Below are positions 37,819 to 51,574 of a stretch of 64,000 nt of DNA, in pieces. This DNA comes from Callorhinchus milii (Eukaryota), in NCBI RefSeq assembly GCF_018977255.1, contig NW_024704743.1, forward strand, positions 51,772,001 to 51,836,000, written 5' to 3'. The notes beneath the pieces were generated by a model. The model worked only from the letters and a program-made list of their open reading frames with translations. It ran no database searches and was not told where the DNA came from. Position 1 is the stretch's first letter. Every line of letters starts with the position of its first letter. The translations under genes were made by a program, and so were the position numbers.

Positions 37819-40800
37819 AAAGCATACTTTACCTTTTTTAATATTAAACTTTTTGTAAACAAATTGTACATATGGATCCGTATTGATTTGTATGATTTGT
37901 AAGTTGAAGCCAGTTAAATATTATTAAGATTGTTGTCCGCATCTACAGATAGTCTGGCTAAAAGGTATTACAGATAAATGCACGTACTCACAGTGTATAT
38001 AAATAGCAGTTGTGTTTACTGGAGCAGGTCCCCTGAGCCCAGCCAATAGGCGAGTATTCGCTAATGAAGTCATTCCTGATCTGGTTATAATTTGGTGAGC
38101 AATGTTTTTTTCTTGCCCTCGCCTGTTTTGCGCGGTGTCTGGCAAAGGCAGGTTCGCAGTGTTCATTTTGCAGCCCATAAATAATCATTATGAAGGAAAA
38201 GGCCGAAATGACAAACAAATAGACGGCAGCTGGGATTGATAAGGGTGATCAAAGTTAGTGGGCAGGTCCTGTTCAAAGTATCAGCATGCCTGAGCCCCAT
38301 AAAGGTGCCAGCAGCCTCTTTTTCTCCCAGATCAAGGAAGGGGGCAAAAACAGCGGATTTTTAACCCTTGACATTTCTCCAGAACAAAGACATGGGAACT
38401 TAGACTATACTAATTACAGCACCTCAGGGGACCTTTGGAGCCAGCAGACCCAAATTAACGCAAATACATTTTAGAAATGTATATATTGCGATGTACACAC
38501 ATATAAATATTTCAGTCATTTCACTACATCTCAAAGTAAACCGTCGACATATCTAGTGAGTTTTAAAAGATGATATGCATCGAGTATATATTACCCAGCA
38601 AAATAAACAAATAAGTAAGAGGCAGTGACAATACAAATAAAAGAACAGTAGGATACAAACACAAAGCAAATTCGTTGGGTCTGGTGCATATTTATACATG
38701 TACAACGTAAAAGAGGGACAGGAGCCAATATTTTTAATTTCGTTATACTTCGAAAGCTTCTTTTACCACTAAGGGCCTTTAAGTATCTAACGTGGAGATC
38801 TATATATCCTCACGCTAAAGAATAGACGTTTCGGTTTGTACAGATCGCTGAGGCTATTAAAATGGTTTATAGTTTCAACGTCCTAATTGTTACTGTAAAT
38901 CTTTAATAAGGCCCACATAGCCCAGATGGACACAACTCTTAGTGCTGTGTCGTGTCTCCTGCTGCCAGTGAAAAATACCACATGGAAGCATGTAACTTTT
39001 TAATATTAGATCGGGGTGTCCTGAGAGCCAAACATTAGAGACGATCACAGCAAATATCCGTCCAATGTCTTCATTCGGTGCCAGTTCTTATCAGTTGGAC
39101 GGACACTGATTGAGTTCCGCAGCACAACTTGGAACAAACCCTTTTCTGTTTGCACGTTTCGTTCAAATCTTATCTCCGGAACACATTTTTTTTTTAAGTT
39201 GCGATTTGCCTGCAAGGTTGCCATCACACCTGAAAATCCCGAGTGACCCCCCCCCCCCCCCCCCCCCCCCCCACCCCACCCACCCCCCAAGACAGACTCT
39301 CACACCTCGACCCCCGACACACAAAAGAATGAGGAAAGGCAAAGCAGTTTTGCAGTTTGCTCGGATTTCAGAATAAAGCGGGTATCTGTTCAGCTGCGAG
39401 TCAAAGGGATTTATGTTTTGCTCCCGTGCGGGATAATAGGAAGTTTCATATATGTTCTACGCATATAATTTATTACCTTCATCTGAGGAGTTTAAGGGGT
39501 TTCTGCGCAGGGGTCTGGTAGGGGCGGTTGTCATAAATGTTCTTTCTGTACTGTAAACATTGCCTGGCCATTAGTGCCTTGGAGTCGGGCAGACTACACA
39601 GATTCCTCATCTGCAAGGTTTTTTTTTGCAATCCACATTACAATTCTGTCATGCTTTCCAGCAGAACACGATATCCCCTGAAGAACCAAGAAAAATATCC
39701 TGACAGCTAACATTAGTTAAGAGTGCAATGAATAAACCCTTGCGCGCAGTTTCAGGGCTAATTAAGATTCTGTTTAAAGTCCCTGTTTAGCAGATCTGCA
39801 CGGAATGTTAATGTAGCTTTGACTAACTGTAAGAAGAAAACTAGATTTTAAGAGCCAGTCTTAGGCGATAACATCTCTCACTTCTGTATTCAAGGTCTGC
39901 CCGAGCCTGTTACGAAGTCATTATCTCAAATTACTCCATCACTTCATTTTAGGGTTTGGGCAAAGCAGCCTCTCTTACTGAAGAGCTCCCTAGCCTCACA
40001 AAGCCTATACTCTCCGAGGGGATAAAGGATGAATTAACCAGTATCTCTACCTTAGAGAGTTTGCTCCTACGAGTTCCTGGACAAATATAGCCAGAATTCA
40101 GCAAGCAGATTATATCTATTGCTGGCGTCTCACTTGAAATCCCCGAAGGCTTTTTGACCCTTTGAAGTTTTCTCTATTTTGCTTACACAGAAGTTTACAT
40201 GATTAAGTCAGGTTTTTACAAGGCTCAACAAGGAAAATTTAATCACCTCTGGACACTCAACACCAAAAATACACAAGGCGATAAATCCTGCAACTTCAGC
40301 AAGCTAAAGTAATACAAGGCATGTTTTTTTTTCCAACTGCGAACTCTATATTATTGGAGGAGTGACTTGTTTGTTAAGAAGTTTACAATAAAGCCAATAT
40401 TGTAGTGGCATCGTTGGCAAACTGTCCAATGTCCGGTTAAACTTATTTTTGAAACGTTGAAGGCATCTGTAGCTAACAAGTGTTTAGTTGTTTTGGTTAT
40501 ACCATTTTACTGATGTTCCTAATGGAAGCTATTTTTACTATTATTATCATAACTTGTAATGCTATTAAATTGGTTATATTCGTACGCTTTAAATAAAGCA
40601 AATGCTTGCAAGTTCCTTCTTCATTAGCATATTGCAAGATGTCTGGAGATAGTGCTATTTTTGGAAGCAGCTTCTTTTGCAGAAGGCAGCCCGCTGGAAC
40701 TGACATTTGTTCAGACCTTCTCAGGGCACTTGTGGAAAGCAAAGGAATCATCAAAACATAAATATTATTCGTTTGGCAAACTTACTTTTCATCAAGTTTC

Positions 40801-43800
40801 AACCAAAGATAAGGATCACTGTCGACGCGTAAATACACATATCTTTTCAGGTCATTTCAACACCACTATTGTGGGTATATTAAGACATGTGCTTGTAACA
40901 CCAAGCAATTGGGACATTTTGTAATATTTTGAATTGCCTTTTGCACAAGAATGGAGTTTTTGGCATACATTACTCCTCAGGACATTCGATGCAGTAGATA
41001 TGTTTTGTTTCCCTTCAATACACAGGACTTTTTATTAATCCAAATCCGAAAGCGTAAAACTTACCCTTATCAACCAAGTTAAGGAAATGTATATGATACA
41101 AATGTTACAATTTTACAGACTCTTGTTTAAAATTAGATTGATTTGCTGCAGAAAAAACACAATAAACTATCATCAATTTGTTATTCTCGCAGCAATAACT
41201 TGAAAACCAAATAAAGGTCTTGAAATAAATAAATCTGATGTTAGCGTATTGTTTCAAGATCTTACAGAGCTTTTTGTGAATGGTAACAACTAGAGGCACT
41301 TTCTGATATACAATACATCAGGATCGTGGAGATGTTTCTGACTACGAACAGTTTTCAGTATGTTAGGTCCCCAAGCAGGCAAGAAGCTCACTTTGAGACA
41401 AATCTGCTATTCAGGGCACTCGGCTTTCAGTAAAATCACCTAGGAATATTAGTCTTATTTCATTTAATCACCAAATCCTAACAACGAAGATTTCAATTCA
41501 TTAAAAGCACTCAAAAATTCTGCCCAGCTGTTTCCTGCCGCTTGGCTGAGGACGAGGTGGAGAAAGATCCGCAACTCAATCCTCAGAAACGCTCGGCTGT
41601 GTTCAGCATAATTCATCCGCCTAATTACACTTTCATCTCTTTCTTCTTAAATGATCTCAGTTATAGACAGATGGCCTTTTCGCCGAGCCCCTCTGTTCCT
41701 ACGGTATTAAATAAAGAATGCGATACTTCCAGAATCCCCCGCTATATCTGCAGGCATTTATTACTCATTTACATCTTTGATCAGTCTCCGATGACAGTTA
41801 TGTTCCAGGAGAAAAGCAAAGTCTTGATAGCAGTAAGCAATGCAGAATCTATTAAAAGTATTTAAAGGGGGTGTTTGCCAGGATTGACCCTACTCTGGGA
41901 TTTTCTTTGTAAAAACAAAAGAAATAAAGAAGTAACAAGAAGAAAAGTTCCCATTCTGGGGTAACAGGTTTGAGATTGGTTGAGATTGGAAAGACGTGGC
42001 GGTGAGGAAATGTCTCTGGACAGCACCATTGGGGTGATGGTCGGCTGAACGTGCATGTGGACCTGTGACTGGATGCCCTGTGTTACTCTTTCCGATTAAA
42101 GTTCCAATGCTTCCTGACTCAAGCCACAAAATGTGCTCTGCAATCATTCACTGAATAGGTCTTCTTGATGTGCTGATGAAAAAACTTATGGTTGACACCC
42201 CCAAGACTGGGCTTAAACTTCAGCACAGACCATGAAACTGTACAGATTAAGTTTGTAATGAATAAAAGTCATGAATAACTTGCTCTATTGCCATAATAGA
42301 GTTTGTGAGTGAGTAACATGGATCTTTGGATTAGTTGTATGAGATGTTAACAGAAATGTCTTACACTTTCAAGCTACAAATTCACAAGGGCATGAGAGCT
42401 TTTTTTAATCTATTGCACTACTGCCAAAGATATGATCGACTCCCCCCACCCCACCCCCAGCCAATTCTAGATGTGCAGTTGATTCACGTAAATCAGCTTC
42501 TTTCCATACCATGTTACTTAGAACTCAGAGTACAGTGCCTTGAGGGCACAAGGGTTAAAGCTATTTGGATAATAGGCCAAAACTAACTAGGCCCAGTTCC
42601 AAAGAAAAAGAGCGAAGACCTTGTGCAGCAAAATCCTATAGCCTTAGATGCTAGCCAGTCTGATACTAAATTTTCTTCTCTGTCCCCCTGAGAGCACTTT
42701 ATCTCCAGTCTCTGTCAGCATTCCTAAGCTTGGACTTATCAGTTGCTTCACATCTATAGGAGCCACAGCCCCTGGCTCTGATCCTGTGCACCTGTTAGGA
42801 CCTGCTGGCACTGTCTGCACTTTGTTCAGCAAGTACAATTTGGCAAGTTGTGCCACAGCTTGGGGCTTTTTGGTAATTGCCTACAAAGATTTTTTCCTTG
42901 TACATATCTAGGAACAGATGCATTTAATTAACACCATAAACAGTGTTATTCATTTGGTTCCCTATAGCAAGACAGTGTGTATAGAGAAAGTAAACAGATT
43001 GTACAACAAAGTGTTCTGTTGCTGTCAGCAACAGTTCTGAAAATGAAACACTTCCCTTTGACTTTCAATTGGCTGACAATCAGCACATAATGAATATTAG
43101 CTCCCAGGCCTAAAGAGAAATATGTGTGGGAAAACTTTAATTAAAAGCTTGTCAGTACAACTTTACCTGCGTGACATCATCTGACTACAATCTTGTGTAG
43201 TATTTTTCTTCTGTGGTTTAATGGACTGCATTCCTGTCTTGCCAAAAGCAAATCCTACAAGTTATTGTAACATTTGAAGACAACCAACAATAAAGATTCA
43301 CAGAGCACTTTACGCGATATTTCTTTTTATTAGTCATAATTCTTTATTAGGCTTTAAAGAACGGAATCTTAGGAACAGACTTTTAAGATTCATTTCACAA
43401 AAGTATTATTTATAGCTGCCCCAAGTTCTATATATTTATAATGTTTAGGTTTTTTAACTTTTGGCCAGGGATTCTCTTTACACTGTGAATTGAAATGTTT
43501 GTATACATAGGCAAGCAGTTTGATATTTATTTGTGAATTAAATACCGAAGCAAATAAGATCTTATAACAGTGTAATTAAACAATGTTAGAATGTAAGCTA
43601 TATTGTTGATACAGGACAAAATGCTAACTATAGACATAACTCTTCATAACAAAAACAGGCTTCTAAATTATAGGGGTAATTTCTTTATGGCACAGACCCT
43701 CTCTCTAAGGCTGCCTTTGGCAGCTGTACAAAAAGGGTGTTATTGTGAATAGCATATCAGACAGGATGTTTTATATATGATTTCTTTATTAGTAACACAG

Positions 43801-45059
43801 CTTTAAGCAATGAGGATTATATGAGATGTTGTGGTGTACTGTATCAGAGTTATACAGTAATGGGCTCTATATATTGTTGATTTTCAAAAAAGCAGCTTTG
43901 CTCTTTGTGTTACAAATTATATGTCAATGGAAAGTAATTATAAATCCAGAGTTGATGGTTACATTAGTCATAATGAAGAATCATAACCTGTAATTTGTCA
44001 CTGACAAAATGGCACAATACTCTGGATTTTCTGACTTGGCTATGGGTGTGCCACAAACACATGGGCAAAGCCTCAGGCTTGCCAGGCGATTAGAAATCAA
44101 TGTAAACTATTCACACTATTACAAGCTTGTTTAATGTCTAATGGTGCTCCTTGAACTGAACAGAATAAAGCCATTGCTTTTGAAAGAAATCTTGAACCCA
44201 CCTGAGCTCTCACTTAACACTGAGTAAACACAAATTTGGTTCAACATCTTTGTTGCCAGTGCTCACAATACAGTTATACTTTCTTTGACGGGAACTGTTT
44301 TCTTAGGGCATGGGTTGTGCTGTTAATGTGACACCTACATTTTACAATGTTATTCTAATGATTTGGATTACATTTATTGCAAACATTGATGTTTATGAGA
44401 AGGCAAAGGCCATGTTAGTCACTTGTCAAAGTGTCATTCCAATTAGACACCACAGAAATGACAATTTGGACACCTTTGATCCCTGCTGTGACAGCCTGTC
44501 AATGGAAACAGAAATCAGGGTTGCTGCAGTACTCACATGCTGCCACTAGGTGTCACTAGTCCAATTTAATAAAACAGATCAATTATTGGCCAAACATGTT
44601 AAAGACTATTTAGGGAAAGAATATTTTTGCATCAATTTTCTTTTCCCCTTGATTCATTGAAACCACTATTGATCACCTGAAATAAGGTCACATACCAAAT
44701 ATCAGGATTGCGCTTTTAATAGTCGGCAGAGGCATTGTGTAAACTAGCAGTTTTAATAATATTTGATTATTCATGTTTCTTGTTTCCAATGATGTTATGT
44801 TTTTAACATAAAGGATTCCATTTGTGCAGCCTATTATTAAAATTGAACTTATCTGCCAGCCAGAGAGAATGTTGAATCAGAATCTGGATTCACAGCTACA
44901 TTTCCTGTTTTGGACTGCAGACCTAAAGCATTTGTTTCTGATGAAGCTTTGGGTTTCTTGAGCTGTGCTGCAGTGTACTTAAGTGCACAAAGCTCCATGC
45001 TATTGACCTGGTTCGTGTGCAATGTGTTTGAATGAACCTGAACTGAGCAAGTCCAAATA

Positions 45060-45287
45060 AATTTATGGAATTCACTACCCCAGAAGGCTGTAGATGCTCA
45101 GTCCTTGAACACCTTCAAGGCTGAGACTGATAGATTTTTAAAAAAATAGAGGGATTAGGGGATATGGGGATAGGGCAGGTAATTCGAGCTAGGTCTGAAG
45201 ATCAGCCTTGATCTTATCGAATGGCGGGGCAGGCTCAAGGGGCCAAGTGGCCTACTCCTGCTCCTAATTCTTATGTTCTTATGTTCT
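45060..45287 (+). mobile_element. CR1 LINE 3' end
   Basis: tggaattcactaccccagaaggctgt...tggcctactcctgctcctaattcttatgttcttatgttct (short tandem tail). Confidence 0.8.
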
Positions 45288-45329
45288 AAATGCAAAAATA
45301 TTGGCTCGATTCCAAATAATTTATGTAAT

Positions 45330-45810
45330 ACAATTACAATTTACATTTATATAGCACCTTTTACATTGAGAAAATGTCTCAAAGTGCTTTACAGAACTGG
45401 ATGGACACCCAAACATGGTGGGAGAAGGGAGTTGAAAAGAGTGGAGTGGGTTAAAGATGACAAAAGGCTGTAAGTCTTGAGGTGGTCCTAAAATTGGTGA
45501 GGAAAGAGATCAGTCAGAGGGACTCCAGAATAGAGTTCTAGAGAAAGGGGGCTGAATAGCTGATAGCTTGCCCGCTAATGGTGGAACGGATGGGAGTGAG
45601 GATATAAAGCAGGTCAGTGCTCACTGAGGAAAGTGGAGTAGGGTGGGGCGAGATTGTGGAAGGATTTGAATGTGGGAATGAAGATGGTAAATTTGATCCG
45701 CTGTTGAATGGGAAGCCAGTGGAGCCGGGAGCGGATAGGGGTGATAGGCTCAGAGAGCCTGATGTGGGAGAGGGCACGGGCTGCAGAGTTCAGGATAGTG
45801 TTGGAATTTA
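45330..45810 (-). mobile_element. L2 LINE 3' fragment
   Basis: Reverse complement matches the L2 copies (gggaagccagtggag..., cacgggctgcagagttc) and has the tail ttacatttatatagcacc. Confidence 0.75.
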
Positions 45811-47844
45811 AATTTTGAAAGGATATAAGAGCGCATTTCTGATGTATACAAGCACTTTAGGAATCAGTTCACATTTTTCTGAAACAGTCCTGAACATGCA
45901 CATTAACACCAGCAAATGATTCCAATCAAGCTGTAATAACTCTGATCTGGAGTGGGGTTATTATGGGCCAGTCCTGTGGTTGTGTGAAACGGCAGAATTA
46001 ATTCAGATCAGTGTTCAGTGGTTCTTTGGCAATTTTCCCATTTAGCGGCAAGTTTATTTAGAAAGAATCAGTTTATTATAATGCAGCGTCATTATGTGTG
46101 ACATTCAGACAGCCAAACTGTAAAGTAGATGAGACAAGAAACATTATTATTCACCAATTTCACACTGTGCACCACAGATTTGTGATAGAAGGGTAATTTA
46201 TATTGCACCATTATAATGCTGTAGTACAAATAATTTGTAAAGTATATCTCAATAGTCTACAAACATTTTGAAATCATGTTGCATTGTTTAATACAAGCCA
46301 AAGGACAAGAGGTGGTCAAACTTATCTTCCTAAACAAAGAAAACATCCCTAATTAATATCTCCCATTTCAACTATGTTCAGTATTCACTGATAAAATTGA
46401 TTTAACCATTGCAGAATCTTGTAGATGGGATATAGAGTAATCATAGCATGTGATGGCAATCATTATTGCACCAATTTGTTTATACCTACTTTTTTTATAT
46501 TTTTATGTGCATGCTAATTAAAGTCTCAATTTAAAACAGTGTTCTTCAGGCACTGCAATGCTGCAGTGCATTGGCTCAGTGCCATTGAATGATTCTCATG
46601 TTTGATTCTTCCCAGTCTGCTGTTCCCACTCTCAGCAGTGGTACTATGAGGACAGAAAATAAGAGACACAGTTTTGTTATTGTTGGGTGGCTGTCAGGCA
46701 CTTCTTGACAACTGGTTGAAGAGTGAAGAGTGGGGCAGGTCTGAGAACAGATTGTTCTCTTTCCATTTTTGGATACAGGTAATATGCAACCAAGGGCACC
46801 AATCAGGCAAGTAAAGGCATGTATGTGCAGCATTATGAACATGTGCTATGCGTAATGTGGATAAAGTTTCACATTTATGTCTTCCTCCGCGCTGCTTGAT
46901 TCATCCCACTATCAATGGGTAAGCTTTCAGTTATTTCAGTCATCTTAAAACATATCTTTTTGACTGTGGTTCTCCTTCTCCTTCTCCCAACCCACACAAT
47001 CCCGCTTCCCCCACCTCAGATGCCCAGTCAGTGCTTTGAGATGTACCCTGATGTGAAAGTTGCTATACAAATTATTATTGTAGTATTTTCATCTATAATA
47101 CATTTAGGAATGTACGTAAAGGCAGAATACATCACATTAAATGTCCAGCCTCTTCCTTCTGGGCAAATACCAGCAAGCATTTTTTTACACAGAGAGTAAT
47201 AATAACTGGAATGGGTTACTTGGAAGAGAGGTTCAGGCCAGGATGTTGGACTCATTTCAGAAAGAGCTTATTGCTGTAACAGGAGGATCAAGGGATGAAA
47301 CAAATGGGCCTTCTTCATTTGAGTTTCTCTTATATTTTTCTCATTGAACAAATTAACAGCTGATCAATTTTCAGTTGATCAAACCAATCATGGCCCATGG
47401 AAATCATTGATGAAATGGTCCAAGGGAAAGGTTGCTTTGAAATTACACATTTACATTTCCATGCATGCTAAAGGCTAATTATTTTCCAGCAAGAAAAATC
47501 AGAGAGTATGAGAGAATATTTTTCATTTATTTGGAAATCAACAATATAAAATTTTGCGTCCAGTGAATTGTTGGCACTGCTAAGTCAGGCATAGTACAAG
47601 TTAATGCTTCCACCTTGAATAAAATGTTGAAGTCTAAGTGATAAGGAATTATTGTCTTGCTTGAGTGTGTCAGGGGATGGGTTCAACACCTTCAGGGACC
47701 AGTGGATGTGCTAAATATTGTTACATTTCTAAATTATAGATGTTCACACATCACATCACAATGCCAAATTTACCTCATTTCTTATTTCCTTAGATGGGTA
47801 TCATAGAGGTGTACAATTGAAAACGTAAGCTTTAGGATCCATTG

Positions 47845-48090
47845 GGAGAGTAGAACAGAAAGACATAGGTTTAAAGTTGTGAAGGGCAATTTCAGGACAG
47901 ATACTGGAAAGTCTTTCTTTACCCAGAGGTTGCCAGGAAGGGTGCTAAAGGCCAGGGCACTAGACACATTTCAAAAGCAGCTTAATGTCGTGATGAGAGG
48001 ATGGTAAGGTGGGAGGCAGGAATTCCGGAGGAATGAGATTAGATGGGCCAAAGGGCCTTCTTTATCTGAACCAAACTTGTGATCTTGTGA
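47845..48090 (+). mobile_element. CR1 LINE 3' end
   Basis: Colinear with 4975-5225 and ends in ttgtgatcttgtga. Confidence 0.7.
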
Positions 48091-48714
48091 CACAGAAGTT
48101 TACATGGCTAGATTCATGTTCTCATTAGGAGGGCAAACCCTTTCCCAACCATACAATGACTGCATATAAAGAAAAAGAAAATTATTAAAAGAAGCATAGG
48201 CAATGGGCTATTGCATTCTGTTGGGAGGGAGAGTCATGCTTCGAAAATGTATATCACAGCTTAACCCAATGCATGTTTGTATGTTTAAATTCAGTGAGTA
48301 CTTTAAGGAAAATTGAAACAATTACATGTGAGTTGCATTGTGCCAAACCCGTTAATGGCCCGTGAATGGAAAAATCCAGGCCGATGTATCTTGGAAGAGC
48401 TACTGGGCCAGTGAGTTATCTCTATGTCCTGCATTGGCCATACTCAAGAAGGATAAGTGTGGCATAGGGGAATATGTACAATGTAAAGTATTTCTCCATC
48501 TGGAGGAAGGGGTGGATGAATCAGCTGTGTAGCTCCCTGGTGAGTCTGGAGACCCGAAATGGCACCTCTCCATGGAGGAAGAGAAATAAATTTAAATGGA
48601 AAGCATTGCCTGCCTGAAAACCTTTACGAGAAAAAGAATATTTGTTTTTACTTACCTATATCAGGCAGTCATTATTATATCAAAATAATCCCTTCATGTA
48701 TCTTTTCCTTTAAG

Positions 48715-48897
48715 TGGGTTTAGTGGTAATTAGTGCTGAATTATAGGCAGTTGCTAAGCGCCAGATTGAGACTGCCCAAACTCATTTTACTTGACACCCT
48801 TAACAGCCATAAGAGAGAGGAGACATTCATTCTATCATTAGTCTTGGCTGGATTTGAACCTGGATCCAGACGTGTTCTAACCCAATGCATCACCCAA
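48715..48897 (-). mobile_element. LF-SINE-like relic (5' half)
   Basis: Reverse strand reads ggttcaaatccagcc...ggctgtt...aaatgagtttgg.cagtctcaatc...cagcactaatt, following the order of LF-SINE blocks as I recall them. Confidence 0.55.
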
Positions 48898-50087
48898 TCT
48901 TTATAAATACAGCATTGAAGCCAATCTTTAGAGTTGTTTTAAAGCAAAGAACAGCACAACTCCCGTGGTTAACAAGGTTTCTATTGACTCAAAATTACAA
49001 CTAATTTGCCGTCATTTTCTAGTCTAAACTTAACTTTGCAAATATGCTATGTTTTGAGAATAGGCCAGAAATCTTTGGAGCATAAGAGAAAAACAAGAGG
49101 AGACAGACACAAGAAGGTCAATTGCCCAAACAATAAAAAAATAGGATAATCTCATATATGAAATACATTGAAATGAGTACATAGGAATTGTAAACATAAA
49201 CACTTTCGCTTACATTTTCTTTGAGAAGTTAAAAGATGGAAATACCTTTTAGTTGTGACTTTAGATTTTGCAAAGGTGAGTGAGTGTCAATATTGCAGTA
49301 AAAGGAGCTCTACTTTGAAGCAAGGTACCTGAATTAAGGTCAGGAGAAAATACAGGGAGGGCTCTTATAAAAACGGGAAGAATCAAAAAATTCATCATTG
49401 ACATTAGCTGCTATTGTTCTGTCCATCTGTTCAGTGTTAATATAGATATTTAAAAAAAATAACTCATGGCATTTAATTTTTATTTCATTTATTTAAGACA
49501 GTGTCTGAAATCATTGGTTTATCAAATTTTCACACACGGTCATAGAAATATCTAAATATACATGTAAATTGATTCATAGCCAAATGTACAGAGAGTAAGA
49601 CATGGAAGGGCCCTCAGAGAAATGATAAAAGTTATATAGGCAGGAAAAAGGCTTTCACATATTTAAGTATAAACACATGATCCCCTAAGAGTCGAAAATG
49701 ATTCTGAATGCTCACACAAATGTGAAACAGAGCCTCTTAGGAGAACAAACTCATCCCCTATTTTATATGATATGATTAGATGTAAATTATATCTTTATTC
49801 ACTGTCACTTTAAATTTATACTATCCATCTAAAAGGGGTCTTTGTCCTTTCTTGGCAGAGTTAGGAATTCTGTCTGTTGACTGCAGCACTTGGTGAAGCC
49901 TGTGTACAGATGTCATTTATTATGGTGATTGATTATCATTTGTATGTTGTTTTACTCTGGCTGAGACATGCTGCTCTTGGAGTTTCACCAAAATGTCACC
50001 ACTGGTGTAAAAGAGTGCTGCATTACCGTTACGAGCAATGCATTTTGACATATTTTGCTACATAGACTGTCTATACCTAAATAATTG

Positions 50088-50243
50088 TACAGTCAACCTC
50101 TTTATAATAATGTAGCTATATAAAAATGCTATTGTAAAGGGGACAGCTTCAATAAACAACCAAGCAGTATGAGAGCCAAAACAAATGTTGTTGATGATAA
50201 TTAGAGAATACATTATAGTGCATTATAATGAGGGCCTAGTGTA
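50088..50243. mobile_element. Short Tigger-like MITE
   Basis: tacagtcaacctctttataat ... attataatgagggcctagtgta imperfect TIRs with TA termini. Confidence 0.5.
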
Positions 50244-50934
50244 ATATGTTCATACACAGATGGAAGAAGATATTCACCACTAGCTGAAACAGTGCCAGGA
50301 AGGATACGCTTTATGCTTCCTATTCCCTCTCTCTCACTCTCTCTCTAACAACACACTTTCTTTCTTTCTTTCTTTCTTTCTTCCTTCATTTCCTCCAACT
50401 TTTTTTAATTTAATTTTTCTGCCTGTTATATCATTAAGGTTGATTATTTATATTTATTCATTGACTCACTTAGTTTTTGTTCTGTTTTTCTTTATTCAAC
50501 AGTATTACTTCTTCCTTCATTCTTTACTTGAATTTTCCAAGTCCTCAATTGTTTGCTACCTTTAATCATTTTCATTATTGCTCTCTTTACCTCACGTTCT
50601 ATTTTTGTTTTGCCATTGCCACTATCTTGTGTTTAATCTGTTTTTCCCAGTGATTTTTTAAACTATTTTATTCTTGTCCATCTCTTAACTATATCTCTGA
50701 AATCTCCCACTGTATTTCTGTATGAAATGGCGCATGCCCTATGAAAACTTAAGAAAAGGGCAGCGAAGAGAGATACAAACTAGCGAACCACAAAATGAAT
50801 GGCAAAACCCAATACCTGTGTTAATGATGTTCTGTACCAAGTTCTAGGTGAAACTTTATAGGATCTAAGCCTGAGTTAGTCTTTGCCCATGGCATGTTTT
50901 CCCTGTCAAGTACTTAGCTATCACTTTCAGTTTC

Positions 50935-51045
50935 CACCCATCCTGATCCCAACCCTCAACTGGGGTCCAAATCCCTGACTGTCCAGCGCCCTGGGACATC
51001 CTCCCGACATGAAAGACACTATACAAATGTATTTTATTGTTGTTT
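50935..51045 (+). mobile_element. L2 LINE 3' tail only
   Basis: ctgactgtccagcgccctgggacatcctcccgacatgaaag...ttgttgt matches the tails at ~1000 and ~57215. Confidence 0.7.
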
Positions 51046-51154
51046 TGAAGCTCTGAATAAGATGACTCATCATTCAGTTATTAAAAACATTGAGATTTAG
51101 ATACAAACAATTGAAATCGGTTGAGAATAGATTTTCACTAAAATTGGATAAGAC

Positions 51155-51415
51155 AATAACAACAACAACGAGATTTCATTTATAGAGCGCCTTTCACGAC
51201 GGGAGGATGTCCCAAGGCGCTGCACAGTTGGGTCAGGACCCGAGCAGGGGAGAAATGGTCAGGGTGAGGGAAGGGAAGGGAGGGAGCGAGGAAGGGGTAG
51301 AGAGTTGAGAGTGGAGCTGAAGGCACGGTCAAAGAGAAAGGTCTTGAGACCGGCCTTGAAGGAGGAAAGGGAGGAAGCAAGGTGAAGGCACTGGGGGATG
51401 GAGTTCCAGAGCCAA
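51155..51415 (-). mobile_element. L2 LINE 3' end
   Basis: (CAA)n tail then tttatagagcgcctttcacgacgggaggatgtcccaaggcgctg, the reverse complement of the L2 tail. Confidence 0.75.
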
Positions 51416-51574
51416 GGTTATTTATTCATAAAAGTTATTCCACACCTATTAAAGGACTCACACAAGAGAAATTCATTGTGGGTCAAGATTTATTCTGAAA
51501 TACTACTTAAATAGAGTAAATCCAGACCCTGGTCAAATTACTCCTCATAAATGCAGAATCCCCTAGTGACTTGC

